Origin: an uncultured delta proteobacterium
GTDB lineage: Bacteria; Desulfobacterota; Binatia; Binatales; Binataceae
Reading direction: 5' to 3'
Assembly (NCBI GenBank): GCA_963774705.1
Contig: CAVZFW010000002.1
Location: 283,236-347,235, forward strand
Length of the DNA stretch: 64,000 bases
A program made the position numbers and the translations under genes. The notes beneath the pieces are model-generated. The model saw only the letters and a list, made by a program, of their open reading frames with translations, did not search any database and was not told where the DNA came from. Positions 1-10,995 of the stretch are shown piece by piece. Each line of letters opens with the position of its first letter. The first letter of the stretch is position 1.

Positions 1-181
1 AGGAAATCGGACCGCACTGCGTTCCGCCGGTTATCGTGCCGTCGCTATTGTTGAGCACGCATGCGGTCAGACCGCCTGCATTCGAGTATTCGAAACTGCC
101 GCTGGCCTGTGCGAAGACGGTACCCCTCGCGGCAAATGTGACCAATACCGCGATCATAACTCCAATCAAAATCTTTCTCAT
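1..181 (-). CDS. Secreted hypothetical protein, N-terminal part (runs off window start)
   Basis: Manual translation MRKILIGVMIAVLVTFAARGTVFAQASGSFEYSNAGG...; GAGGGGAG RBS upstream; signal-peptide-like N-terminus. Confidence 0.7.
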   Translation of the reverse strand, partial: MRKILIGVMIAVLVTFAARGTVFAQASGSFEYSNAGGLTACVLNNSDGTITGGTQCGPIS

Positions 182-590
182 AGCCCACGCTCCCCTCTTT
201 GGTTGACAGTCAATTCTCCCTGCGTTTACGGACACTGGTTTCTCCATTCCCCTTTTCCCCTTTAATGAGTTGCCGTTGACCCCCGCTCGACCATTTTATT
301 GGCCTAGCGGTGACTTAGCAGCACGTTGCGTCTTTTACAACAAAGCATGATGTCATTTTTGTAATTTTTGGGTTAATTGGATGGAGACTGCCTGTTGATA
401 ACCCATCGTTGTCAATTATTGCTCGAATTGCGCATTTACTCTGAATTCAGACTGGCAGCAGCCCGTGGGTTCAGATAGGCACCAATCACAATGAGGACGG
501 TAAACCCCGCGCAACAGCCCTGGAACCGGTGCCCAGCCTTGTTACCCAGAGAACACTGTTTTAATGGAACGGAAATCGATCAGGCAGGAA

Positions 591-1190
591 TCAACGGGCG
601 CTCTCGTCTTCCCTCCCCGGATGGTCGGCGGCGCGCCACGGCTGAGACTTCAACTGCGATGCGATTCGCGCCGCCTCGTCGGGGGTTGGCGGCTGCACGA
701 TGATCTCGCCGACCATCGAGTCCACTTCGTGCGACATGCAGAAATACTTGTAAGTGCCTGGCGTAAAGAAGGTATGCCGATATTTCCCGCCCGGCATCAC
801 GTTGCCCGACGCGAAACTCGGCACACCAGTCGGCAACGCGACGTCGTCCGTTTTGGCGGCCTTCGCCGGATCGTCAACCACCGAATGACTGACCTGTCCA
901 GTGTTCAGCCATTCAACCGTCTGCCCGGCCCGTATCAGGATACTGTTGGGCTGGTACATCGGGTTGTCGTCGCTCATTTTGATTACGGCTGTGGGCCCCC
1001 GCACTTCAGCCTGAAGCGGCGGCACCTCCTCAGTGGCGGTCGCCCGTACTGAGGCGGGAGTATCAGGGGGATTGGCGTAGGCACGGCTCGCCCAAATCAT
1101 GGCGAGCAGCGGAATTGCGACAAGCACAATATTCCGCAAAGACGCGCTCACCCCGGGTCCCCTTGCGGAGTTGGTCGCGAATATCGGCAC
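591..1190 (-). CDS. Plastocyanin/azurin-family (cupredoxin) type-1 copper protein, exported
   Basis: HSV...YKYFCMSHEVDSMVGEI gives His/Cys/His/Met ligands; signal peptide; AGGAG RBS. Confidence 0.85.
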   Translation of the reverse strand: MPIFATNSARGPGVSASLRNIVLVAIPLLAMIWASRAYANPPDTPASVRATATEEVPPLQAEVRGPTAVIKMSDDNPMYQPNSILIRAGQTVEWLNTGQVSHSVVDDPAKAAKTDDVALPTGVPSFASGNVMPGGKYRHTFFTPGTYKYFCMSHEVDSMVGEIIVQPPTPDEAARIASQLKSQPWRAADHPGREDESAR

Positions 1191-1286
1191 AGCTCCTTTT
1201 AATATGCAAAATTAGAACCCCTTCTGCAATCACTTTCGCTGTGGCCAGTCAATCGGCGGCCGTTTCCTTGAGGTGCGATGGGGTGG

Positions 1287-2732
<1,446 letters not shown>

Positions 2733-2830
2733 TGCTCAATGATCCTCGCAATCATTTGCGACTGAATCGCTTCCGACACAATCGCTTTCGTCATCATCAT
2801 TTTAGCTGAAAAGCGAATTACAGGCGAAGA

Positions 2831-2846
2831 TGTTTCACGTGAAACA
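2831..2846. promoter_or_regulatory. parS: parS centromere site (ParB binding)
   Basis: Perfect 16-bp palindrome TGTTTCACGTGAAACA, the canonical bacterial parS consensus, intergenic. Confidence 0.9.
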
Positions 2847-3474
2847 TTTTCGCCATCAATTTGCGGTGAAGTATTTCACCGCTGAAATCCTGATGAAAGA
2901 TTTCACCGTTGACAACCAGACGGCAAGAGTCCTCCGTACGCGGGCCCATTACCATACTCAAATGCGCACCGGCGTTGGATCTTTCTGAATTTTGGTCACC
3001 CGAGGGTCGGCGCCGCACTGCGCGTCGGCGCCACGGTGGAGAGGCGTTCCAGAGGCGAGGATCTATTTCGTGCGCGATCTTCTTTTCATCGACGTATCCG
3101 TCATTAGTCAGTCGCGCGGGCCTAGACTAAATTTCGTAAGGCAGTCCGCGCGCAAGTCGTGAGTTCATTTCATTTGACTGTGGCGCTACTTCGCAAGAAT
3201 CGGTTCGGCAATAGTTACTGGAATAGCCAGTATATTCCAATAGTCACTCTGCTCAATAGCCATTGCTGTAATAGTCACTGAACCGGAGATGCCACCGTAG
3301 TCGCTACAGCTACAGAGTCGAAAACAGCTATGAGATTGCGAGTGCGCTTCGCGAGACGTTGCGCTCCGCGAAACACTTTCAGGCGCTGGCCGAGCCGGAC
3401 TACGCAATGCGCGACAGAGTACGATAGTATCGCCAGTGGATCGTGAGGCAATCGGTCGGGGAAGGGAGAACGGG

Positions 3475-3687
3475 ATGATCGGTCTTAGTCGTGATGATTG
3501 GAGTGAGATTTTCTACGCACTGGAGTCGAAGTCTTTGGCGGTGCGACAAGGTCAGTATGGCTCCGAGGATGCGGCGGATGCGGACGCGAAATGGATAGCT
3601 CACCTGGATGAGTTGAGGCAAAAGATTGGTCCGGATGGCGCGACGGCGGCGCGCGAGGGCGTCCGTCCGGCAAGCCCCCGCGGCTAG
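3475..3687 (+). CDS. Small hypothetical protein (70 aa)
   Basis: GGAAGGGAG RBS before ATG 3475; protein-like composition (MIGLSRDDWSEIFYALESK...); converges on the Mrr gene. Confidence 0.6.
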   Translation: MIGLSRDDWSEIFYALESKSLAVRQGQYGSEDAADADAKWIAHLDELRQKIGPDGATAAREGVRPASPRG

Positions 3688-3704
3688 TCGGCTACCCGCC
3701 TAAA

Positions 3705-5246
3705 TCATTCACCCGAATCAGGATTTGGATCCTTCCAATCCTCGGGCATCTCGATTTTGGCTTCTATGCCGGCGTTTTGGGCAAGGAGATATAAGAGGTT
3801 ACTGCCGCTCAGCAGTTCCAACGGCTTGCCGTCCGCGAATTCGAAGGATGCTTTTCCATAGCCGCTGGTGGTAATCAAAATCCCCTTTGAGGCCCCTTCG
3901 TTTTGGACCGTTCCGAATAGATCACGCACCGCACTCACACCGACTGTATTCTTATAACGCTTCGCCTGGATCACCACCTTGCCGCCGAAGATCGGTCGCG
4001 GATCGTATGCGACGCAATCTACACCGCCATCTCGCGATGGTCTCGTCTGTCGTGTTTCCAGGCCCATCTTCTCGAACAGGTTTGTAATCAGCGATTCGAA
4101 TTCACGAGGTGTCAGCAGCATTAGATTCGAGCGATTGTCCAAGCCAGAAATGATGTCCTCTTCTTCAACGAATCTTGGATCGACCATGTTAAATTCAAGA
4201 ACCGGTTTGACCGGTGCCAAGTCGGCGGGCTTTTTGGAGACCGAAGCGTTTAGCCCCTTGAGACACGTTTCGGGGTCCACTCGGGAAAGATCCAGTTGAG
4301 CGAATATTTCTTGAGTTGTTCGAAGGGTCACCAGGCAAGGATGCACAGGTCGACCGGTCGCTTGATCGATAGCGTTCACGTGCCCATTTAGGACGATACT
4401 TTCAAGCTGGCCTGAATAATCGGCGTTGAATAGGACGTAGACAACTCTCAGCGAGGTCTGCGCGATGACTAAAGAGTACAAGCGTCTGCGCTCGGCATCC
4501 GATCGCTGCGTCGTTATGATCTCCTTTCTCGCTTTTATATATTTGTAGGCTGCGATTTCAGGCACGATTTCGAAGCCCGGGAAATCGTACTCCACCACCA
4601 GCTGCTTTGATTCCGGTACGAACGCCACTCGGACAGATTCCGGCCAGCCTTCTGGATAATGCTGCGACGCGAGCACTAATTCAGAATAATGTCTGATGGC
4701 ATCAGTTTTTCCAGCTTCATAATCGATCCTTAATCCGTCAATTTCCTGATGTTGGCGGCTGATAGTCTCCTGAACTGACCTCACAATTTCCGCGTGCTTT
4801 ATTACATCCACGTCGTAGCGCGCGCGGGATTCACGGAGAGCGATATGATGACGCTCCTTGGCGCCAGGCATCAGCCGGGCAAAAAAACCCAGCGGCTTGG
4901 GTAAGTAATCTTGGGGACGTGGAGCCGACTCAGTTTTCGCAGCAGACTTTAACTCTTCGAAATCCAAGCGATGATCCCGCCCGAGCACCTCCGTCAAAAT
5001 GTTGTCAAATCGATCCGTACTATCACGGAGGCCTCGATTTCGAGTTTCGACCTCAACTTCCTGATCCTCGTGAAATAATCTTAGTTGTTCCCGGTCTCCG
5101 ACAGCACGAGCAAGATCTCGCTGACCTCGAATTCGTTCCTCTTCCCTACGCAGATGGATTTGCTGGCGGTGTCTCGCTCGTGCTTCTCGCGCGGATGCGC
5201 GTTGAATCGCTGCAAGAGTGCTTACTAAGCTCCGTCGCCTGCTCAT
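3705..5246 (-). CDS. Mrr-family (type IV) restriction endonuclease with N-terminal coiled coil
   Basis: LTPREFESLITNLF, SRDGGVD, VIQAKRY, VSAVRDLFG, KGILITTS = Mrr_cat domain; lower GC than flanks; start chosen at MSRRRS. Confidence 0.9.
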   Translation of the reverse strand: MSRRRSLVSTLAAIQRASAREARARHRQQIHLRREEERIRGQRDLARAVGDREQLRLFHEDQEVEVETRNRGLRDSTDRFDNILTEVLGRDHRLDFEELKSAAKTESAPRPQDYLPKPLGFFARLMPGAKERHHIALRESRARYDVDVIKHAEIVRSVQETISRQHQEIDGLRIDYEAGKTDAIRHYSELVLASQHYPEGWPESVRVAFVPESKQLVVEYDFPGFEIVPEIAAYKYIKARKEIITTQRSDAERRRLYSLVIAQTSLRVVYVLFNADYSGQLESIVLNGHVNAIDQATGRPVHPCLVTLRTTQEIFAQLDLSRVDPETCLKGLNASVSKKPADLAPVKPVLEFNMVDPRFVEEEDIISGLDNRSNLMLLTPREFESLITNLFEKMGLETRQTRPSRDGGVDCVAYDPRPIFGGKVVIQAKRYKNTVGVSAVRDLFGTVQNEGASKGILITTSGYGKASFEFADGKPLELLSGSNLLYLLAQNAGIEAKIEMPEDWKDPNPDSGE

Positions 5247-5314
5247 TTGGTCCTCGCGGACTTGGTTCGAGCGAGATTCTCTTTGCTTGGCTGACCTTGT
5301 GTCAATCCAATCTG

Positions 5315-5825
5315 GCCGCGGAAGGTCGCGCCTCACCTGTAGGCTCGGCGCTCCGCGGTGGCGCAGCGCGTCTAAGAGGGGAAGTCTGAAACCTTCACCT
5401 TTAACGCACCTCGCGGACTCTTAGATCGGCTCGCACGCTCGCCTAGTGATGAGGTTCAGAAAAGAAGTTTGAGTTTTGCGTTCTGCCTCCGTCGCAGCGC
5501 GCGACCGCGCGCGGCGACGGGGCGGCAATGACGTGAATACCGACCGGATACGCGAAGCGAATGCGGTCGGCACCCTTGCGAGCCCGTGCGGCTATCGAGT
5601 GGGGGCGGCGGAAGGTCGCGCCTCACCGATGGGGTCGGCGCTCCAAGGTGGCGCAGCGCATCTTACAAATGGGAAGTCTGAAACCTCCACGAGGTTTCAG
5701 AAAGAACCTTTAGGTGTTGGGTGTGGGCGCGTTCGCCCGCAAGGCGAACGCGCCCTCCTCACAAGATGGCGACCGGCGCGAGATCACGCCCGGATACGTG
5801 AAGCGTATGCGGGCGTGATCTGCGG
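5315..5825. repeat. Two tandem composite structured repeats between mrr and gatA
   Basis: About 80-bp unit GCGGAAGGTCGCGCCTCACC...GGCGCAGCGC...GGGAAGTCTGAAACCT at about 5318 and 5607, each followed by a TCTGAAACC..GGT(T)TCAGA hairpin and a CCGGATACG-GAAG-CG.ATGCGG hairpin. Confidence 0.8.
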
Positions 5826-5832
5826 CGGCGCG

Positions 5833-7290
5833 TTACAAGATGGCGGGGCGGCGCGGCGCCGCGCCGGTCCGCTCGAAGGCGTCACCCGCCCGCAGGATGG
5901 CCTCTTCGCCGAACGGCGGGCCGATCAACTGCAAGCCGATCGGCAGGCCGCTCGCGTCGAAGCCGCACGGCACCGCCATCCCGGGGAGGCCAGCGAGGTT
6001 TACCGAAATCGTGAAGATGTCCGACAGGTACATCTGGAGCGGGTCGGAGGTCTTTTCGCCGAGCTTGAAGGCGGTAGTCGGCGTGACCGGCGTCGCGATG
6101 ACGTCGCAGCTCTCGAAGGCACGCTCGAAGTCGCGGCGGATCAGCGTGCGGACCTTCTGGCCCTTGAGGTAGTAGGCGTCGTAATAGCCGGCGGAGAGGA
6201 CGAAGGTGCCGAGCATGATGCGGCGCTTGACCTCGGCGCCGAAGCCGCGGGCCCGCGTGCGATTGTAGATTTCGATGTTGTTGTCGCCGGGGACGCGCAG
6301 GCCGTAGCGGATGCCGTCGTAGCGCGCGAGATTGGCGCTAGCCTCGGCCGTCGCGACGATGTAGTAGGCCGCGATCGCATAGCTGGTGTGCGGCAGCGAA
6401 ATGTCGACGATTCGCGCGCCCATCGACTCGTACGATTTGAGCGCCGCGCGCACCGCCTGCTCGACTTCGGGTGCGATGCCCTCGACGAAGAACTCCTTGG
6501 GCACGCCGACGCGCAGACCGCTAACGTCGCCGGTCAGCGCCGCCTCGTAATCGGGCACCGGCCGCGCGGAACAGGTCGAATCGCCCGGGTCGGCGCCGGC
6601 CAGATCGCGGAGCATGATGGCGGCGTCGCGCACGGTCTTGGCGAAGGGGCCGACCTGGTCGAGCGACGACGCGTAGGCGATGACGCCGTAGCGGCTGACG
6701 CGGCTATAGGTCGGCTTGAGGCCGACGACGCCGCAAAACGAGGCCGGCTGGCGAATCGAGCCGCCGGTATCGGTGCCGAGCGCGCCGAGACATTGATCGG
6801 CCGCGACCGCCGCCGCCGAGCCCCCCGACGAGCCGCCCGCGACGCGTTCGACCTGATGGGGATTGCGGGTCGGGCCGAAGGCGGAGTTCTCGGTCGAGGA
6901 GCCCATCGCAAATTCGTCCATGTTGGCCTTGCCGACGAAGACCGCGCCGTTGGCGCGCAGGGTCGCGATGACGGTCGCGTCGTAGGGCGGGACGAAGTTC
7001 TCGAGGATCCTCGAGGCGCAGGTCGTGCGAACGCCATGCGTTGCGTAGATGTCCTTGATGGCGAGCGGGATACCGCATAGCGCGGGAGCGTCGCCGGCCG
7101 CGAGCCGGGCGTCGGCGGCGTCGGCCTGCTCATGCGCCTCGCGGGCACATACGGTGATGAAGGCGTTGAGCTTGGGATCGACCAGGGCGATTTGCTCGAG
7201 GCAGGCGCGCGTGAGTTCGCGCGCGGATATCTCGCGTTTGCGCAGGAGGTCGCGCGCGGCGGTGATGGTGAGTCGATTAAGATCGGTCAT
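5833..7290 (-). CDS. gatA: Glutamyl-tRNA(Gln) amidotransferase subunit A
   Basis: Amidase signature [45 protein letters not shown]. Confidence 0.98.
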   Translation of the reverse strand: MTDLNRLTITAARDLLRKREISARELTRACLEQIALVDPKLNAFITVCAREAHEQADAADARLAAGDAPALCGIPLAIKDIYATHGVRTTCASRILENFVPPYDATVIATLRANGAVFVGKANMDEFAMGSSTENSAFGPTRNPHQVERVAGGSSGGSAAAVAADQCLGALGTDTGGSIRQPASFCGVVGLKPTYSRVSRYGVIAYASSLDQVGPFAKTVRDAAIMLRDLAGADPGDSTCSARPVPDYEAALTGDVSGLRVGVPKEFFVEGIAPEVEQAVRAALKSYESMGARIVDISLPHTSYAIAAYYIVATAEASANLARYDGIRYGLRVPGDNNIEIYNRTRARGFGAEVKRRIMLGTFVLSAGYYDAYYLKGQKVRTLIRRDFERAFESCDVIATPVTPTTAFKLGEKTSDPLQMYLSDIFTISVNLAGLPGMAVPCGFDASGLPIGLQLIGPPFGEEAILRAGDAFERTGAAPRRPAIL

Positions 7291-7341
7291 GGGGGAGCCA
7301 ATCGAGAAAACGTGGTTGAGGAACCAGGAATCATAACCTTT

Positions 7342-7372
7342 GTCTGAAATCTCAGGGAGGTTTCAGACTTCC
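7342..7372 (-). repeat. Third, inverted copy of the GGAAGTCTGAAACCTCCnnGAG(G/A)TTTCAGA hairpin
   Basis: Reverse complement reads GGAAGTCTGAAACCTCCCTGAGATTTCAGAC, matching 5672-5701; lies in the gatC-gatA spacer. Confidence 0.8.
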
Positions 7373-7487
7373 TGTTGGGAAGAACGAGCAGCCCAACAGT
7401 CTTGACCTGATCTTTTGGACTGCTCGCGATGCTCGGGTGAACAGCTAAGTCCTGAGGAAACTTCGTCGCGGCAGATTCCAAGCTGAC

Positions 7488-7805
7488 TTAGCTCTCGATA
7501 ATCTTGGGCACTTTGAAGAAATGGCCTTCGCGGGCGGGCGCATTGGCGACCATCTGATCGGGTGCGGAAGGGTTGGTGACGACGTCCTCGCGCATCGGCG
7601 TGCCGGCCTCGCCGACCTGCGCGGTTGGCGGGACCATCGAGGTGTCGAGCCGGTTGAGTTGGTCGATATAGCTCAGGATTTCGCTCAGGTTGGCCTGCAG
7701 GCTTTGCTCCTCGGCGGCTTCGAGTTCGAGGCGGGCGAGGCGCGCGACGTGGCGGACCTGTTCGAGGCTGATTTTGATCGCCGGGGCGGTCTTGGCATCG
7801 GACAT
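7488..7805 (-). CDS. gatC: Amidotransferase subunit C
   Basis: ISLEQVRHVARLARLEL, MREDVV, NAPAREGHFFKVPKII; upstream of gatA. Confidence 0.96.
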   Translation of the reverse strand: MSDAKTAPAIKISLEQVRHVARLARLELEAAEEQSLQANLSEILSYIDQLNRLDTSMVPPTAQVGEAGTPMREDVVTNPSAPDQMVANAPAREGHFFKVPKIIES

Positions 7806-7861
7806 GATGAGGCGAATGTAACATCTGCGGGGCGGCAAGTCAGTGTTCCTCGGAACCAGGT

Positions 7862-7977
7862 CAGCGGCTTGTAGAAGTAGATGGTGCTGCAGAGGCCGCC
7901 TTGCGGGAAAAGCGCGTAACCGGGGATCTCGCCGAAGCGTCGCCATCCGAGGCGATGTAGATACGCTCGGCATCGCC
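7862..7977 (-). pseudogene. C-terminal remnant of a GNAT acetyltransferase
   Basis: With one frameshift reads GDAERIY-RLGWRRFGEIPGYALFPQGGLCSTIYFYKPL, typical GNAT C-terminus; no N-terminal part present. Confidence 0.55.
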
Positions 7978-8048
7978 GCGACGATTCATCCGCAGTCCTG
8001 AAGCAGGGAGTACGAACCGGAAGTCCCGTGCGCGGCGAACTGGAGGCG

Positions 8049-8792
8049 TCAGGCTTTTTTCTTCGCCGCGACGCGCGGACGCCATTGATAGAAGGAACGC
8101 AGATCGACCGCGAAGGTCCACGCGTTGCGCGGCTGATCGATGACGTGGACGATCTCGCCGCAAATCGAATCGGTCGAGACGAAATGATCGGGATCCTCGT
8201 CGTGGGCGGCGTCCGTCACGCGCGGCAGCCCGACCGCGCCGTCGACGTCGAGGGCGACCGCATGGACGCCGCGATGCATGAACTCGTAGGCGACGGATTC
8301 GGCCAGTGCGCGTTGCGCAACCTTCGAGGCGTTGTAGGCGGCGTACTGCAAGGGGCCGCTGCGCGATTCGGAACCGAGCACGAAGATGATGGTGCCTGCG
8401 CCGCGCTCCGCCATCCCGGCGACCACCGCCTGGGTGCAGAAGAACGGCCCGTAGCAATTGACCTTCATCTGGAAATCGAAATCCTCTTCGCTGATTTCGA
8501 CAAACGGCTTGCGCAGGTAGGCGCCCGCGTTGTTGATCAGGACCGCGATCGGACCGAGTTCGCGCTCGACGGTGGCGACGGCGGCGGCCACTTGGTCGCG
8601 CTTCGACACGTCGGTCGGAGTGACGACCGCCTTGCCGCCAGCCTGGCGGATGAGCTCGGCGGTCTCGTCGAGTTGCGACTTGGTGCGCGCGATCAGTCCG
8701 CAGGCGTAACCCTCGCGCGCCATCCTGAGCGCGATATCGCGGCCGATGCCGCGACCGGCGCCCGTAATCAATGCGACCTTCGCTTCTGACAT
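8049..8792 (-). CDS. SDR family oxidoreductase
   Basis: TGAGRGIG, INNAG, YNASK. Confidence 0.92.
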   Translation of the reverse strand: MSEAKVALITGAGRGIGRDIALRMAREGYACGLIARTKSQLDETAELIRQAGGKAVVTPTDVSKRDQVAAAVATVERELGPIAVLINNAGAYLRKPFVEISEEDFDFQMKVNCYGPFFCTQAVVAGMAERGAGTIIFVLGSESRSGPLQYAAYNASKVAQRALAESVAYEFMHRGVHAVALDVDGAVGLPRVTDAAHDEDPDHFVSTDSICGEIVHVIDQPRNAWTFAVDLRSFYQWRPRVAAKKKA

Positions 8793-8921
8793 GGGGCGCA
8801 TCTTAGCTTGGCCGCGAATTTCTGCAAAGCTGGAGCCGTGGCGCGCCGAAGAAAGTGCGCTTGGCGAGGACCTCAAGCGGTGTTACCTTTTTAATAGAGT
8901 GCGATCGTGGAGTGCGGGTCG

Positions 8922-9986
8922 ATGAAAGGTAAATTGCAGTTCGATTTACGACGCAACCTCGGCGCAGCGGGATTGATCAAAGCAGCGCACAAAATTCCGG
9001 GGTTCGCGGTAATAGCGATACTGGCGCTGGCCGCGCCGGCGTTCGCTCAAGTCTCGTTCGATGCGCATGATTCAGGGGACGTCCCGGCAGACGTGGCCAG
9101 CGCCTCGCCGACGTTTGCGGCCCCAACTGGCTCCGGAGATGCCGGGTCGGATACCTTCGCACCGGCAGCCGGCGCGGCGATCGTTGCACCGGATAGCGGT
9201 TATGCGTTGCCGCCACCGGACGATGGTTCGCTGGCCGATCCGGCGGCGTCGCCCGGCGACGCGGGCACCCCGGATGCAGCTACGAGCGCCGAGAATCCGG
9301 CCACAGGGGAGGCCTCCGTCGCAGATGGCAGCACTGCGGGCGATGCGCTCCCGAGCAGTTTGCCGCCAATCGATCTAGCGTCGCCGCTCGGTGGGATCGC
9401 GCCAGTCGCGTCAGCCGATCGAGATTCCGGCGCCGCGTCGCATTCCGGTTGGGATCGCGTCGGCGACAGCGAGAGCGACGCTGGTAGCGATAGCGATTCC
9501 GGGAATCCGGTGCTCGAAGTTCCCCGGGCAGTTCCTTCGCCAGACGCATCGTCGGGGAACGACGCAAACCAATCGGCGCAAGGCGGCGATTCGGCGCCGC
9601 CCGATCAGGTCGGCAGCGTGGATGAGTATCAGAACGAGCAGGACTATAACCCGATGGCGATTTACATCAGTCCGGCGACCGGTCCGCCCCTGCTGAATCC
9701 ACCGTTTGCGGCGAGCACCTTTGGAAATCACTCAACCGCCAACGTGTCTACTCAACCAGGTGTCGGACCAATGCTTCCGTCCGGCATCGGTGGTGTGCGG
9801 CCGTTTGCAGGCGGGATGAATTCAGCGATTATGCCGACCAGTCCTATGTTCCCGCGCGGCATGCCGATGCAGAGTTATCGCCCGACGGCCCCGATCTACG
9901 CGATGCCGATGATGCGGAGTTACCAGCCGACGGCCCCGCGCAACCCGGCGCCGATCCCTGGTGGCTGGTGGAATCGCGCACGCTGA
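8922..9986 (+). CDS. Secreted low-complexity (Ala/Asp/Ser/Pro-rich) hypothetical protein
   Basis: Long ORF, signal-like AVIAILALAAPAFAQ, disordered composition, duplicated SY(R/Q)PTAP near C-terminus. Confidence 0.65.
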   Translation: MKGKLQFDLRRNLGAAGLIKAAHKIPGFAVIAILALAAPAFAQVSFDAHDSGDVPADVASASPTFAAPTGSGDAGSDTFAPAAGAAIVAPDSGYALPPPDDGSLADPAASPGDAGTPDAATSAENPATGEASVADGSTAGDALPSSLPPIDLASPLGGIAPVASADRDSGAASHSGWDRVGDSESDAGSDSDSGNPVLEVPRAVPSPDASSGNDANQSAQGGDSAPPDQVGSVDEYQNEQDYNPMAIYISPATGPPLLNPPFAASTFGNHSTANVSTQPGVGPMLPSGIGGVRPFAGGMNSAIMPTSPMFPRGMPMQSYRPTAPIYAMPMMRSYQPTAPRNPAPIPGGWWNRAR

Positions 9987-10194
9987 TCGTCGCCTGGCTC
10001 CGGTGAGTGGGTGGTCGAGCCGAGACTATCAGCAATTCACCAGCACGATTCCGGGCCGAATCACCTCGATAAGTCGCGCTGGCAGGGCGGGGCTTTCCCT
10101 TGATGGCGCAATCGGTATATCTAGAGATCCCTCGCGGCATCTCGAGCGCCGCTACTCTCCGAGTAATTGAGGGTCGCAGAGGCCGAACCCGAAT

Positions 10195-10968
10195 ATGCTG
10201 ATAACGATTGATGTCGGTAACAGCCACACGGTGATCGGGATTTACGAAGGGGAACGGCTGATCCAGCACTGGCGCATCTCGACCGAAGCCGAACGAACCA
10301 CCGATGAGCATGGCGTGATGCTCAATGCGCTCCTGCAGGGCGCGGGACTCACGACTCCGTTGCGGCCGGAGGGCGTGGTCGTCGCGTGCGTGGTGCCGCC
10401 GCTCAACCAGACGATCGAGATGCTCTGCGAGCGCTACTTCAGTTGCCAGCCGCTGATGGTCGGGCCGGGCATCAAAACCGGGATGCCGATACTCTACGAG
10501 AATCCCAAGGAAGTCGGCGCAGATCGGATCGTCAACGCGGTGGCCGCGTTCGAGCGCTACAGCAGCGCCACGATCGTGGTCGATTTCGGCACGGCGACGA
10601 CCTTCGACTACGTGACCGGACGGGGCGAATACGTCGGCGGGGCGATCGCGCCCGGTCTGGGCATCTCGATGAACGCGCTCGTCGAGCATGCGGCGAAGCT
10701 CTATCGGGTCGAGCTGGCGCGGCCGCGGGATGTCGTCGGCCGCACGACCGTCGGCGCAATTCAGTCGGGGCTCATCTTCGGGTACACCGCGCTGGTTGAC
10801 GGGCTGGTCGAACGTATCGTACGAGAGCGGGGAGAGAAGACCCGCGTAATCGCTACCGGCGGGTGGGCCGATTTGATCGCGCCCGAGTCGGAAACGATCG
10901 AAGAAGTGGATGAGTTCCTGACGCTTAAGGGTCTGCGGCTGATATTCGAACGCAATCGGCGCCTCTGA
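10195..10968 (+). CDS. coaX: Type III pantothenate kinase
   Basis: IDVGNS, YENPKEVGADRIVN, VDFGTATT, IATGG, LTLKGL. Confidence 0.96.
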   Translation: MLITIDVGNSHTVIGIYEGERLIQHWRISTEAERTTDEHGVMLNALLQGAGLTTPLRPEGVVVACVVPPLNQTIEMLCERYFSCQPLMVGPGIKTGMPILYENPKEVGADRIVNAVAAFERYSSATIVVDFGTATTFDYVTGRGEYVGGAIAPGLGISMNALVEHAAKLYRVELARPRDVVGRTTVGAIQSGLIFGYTALVDGLVERIVRERGEKTRVIATGGWADLIAPESETIEEVDEFLTLKGLRLIFERNRRL

Positions 10969-10995
10969 AGGGAATCGAACCTCGGAAGGAGAGCT

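Noticed and set aside
430-560. c-di-GMP-II or ZTP riboswitch upstream of the first ORF
   Set aside because: Only short motifs (CTGGGCACC/GGTGCC, GACTGGC) match; full consensus architecture not recognisable
1204-1219. Sigma54 -24/-12 element (GGGTTCTAATTTTGCA, minus strand) before the cupredoxin
   Set aside because: GG-N10-GC spacing fits, but the -24 box is poor and it sits too close to the RBS to be convincing
5476-7080. 534-aa ORF antisense to gatA (similarly 9844-11823, 12666-13889, 23439-24707, 24936-26042)
   Set aside because: Shadow ORFs typical of high-GC coding DNA, with no motifs
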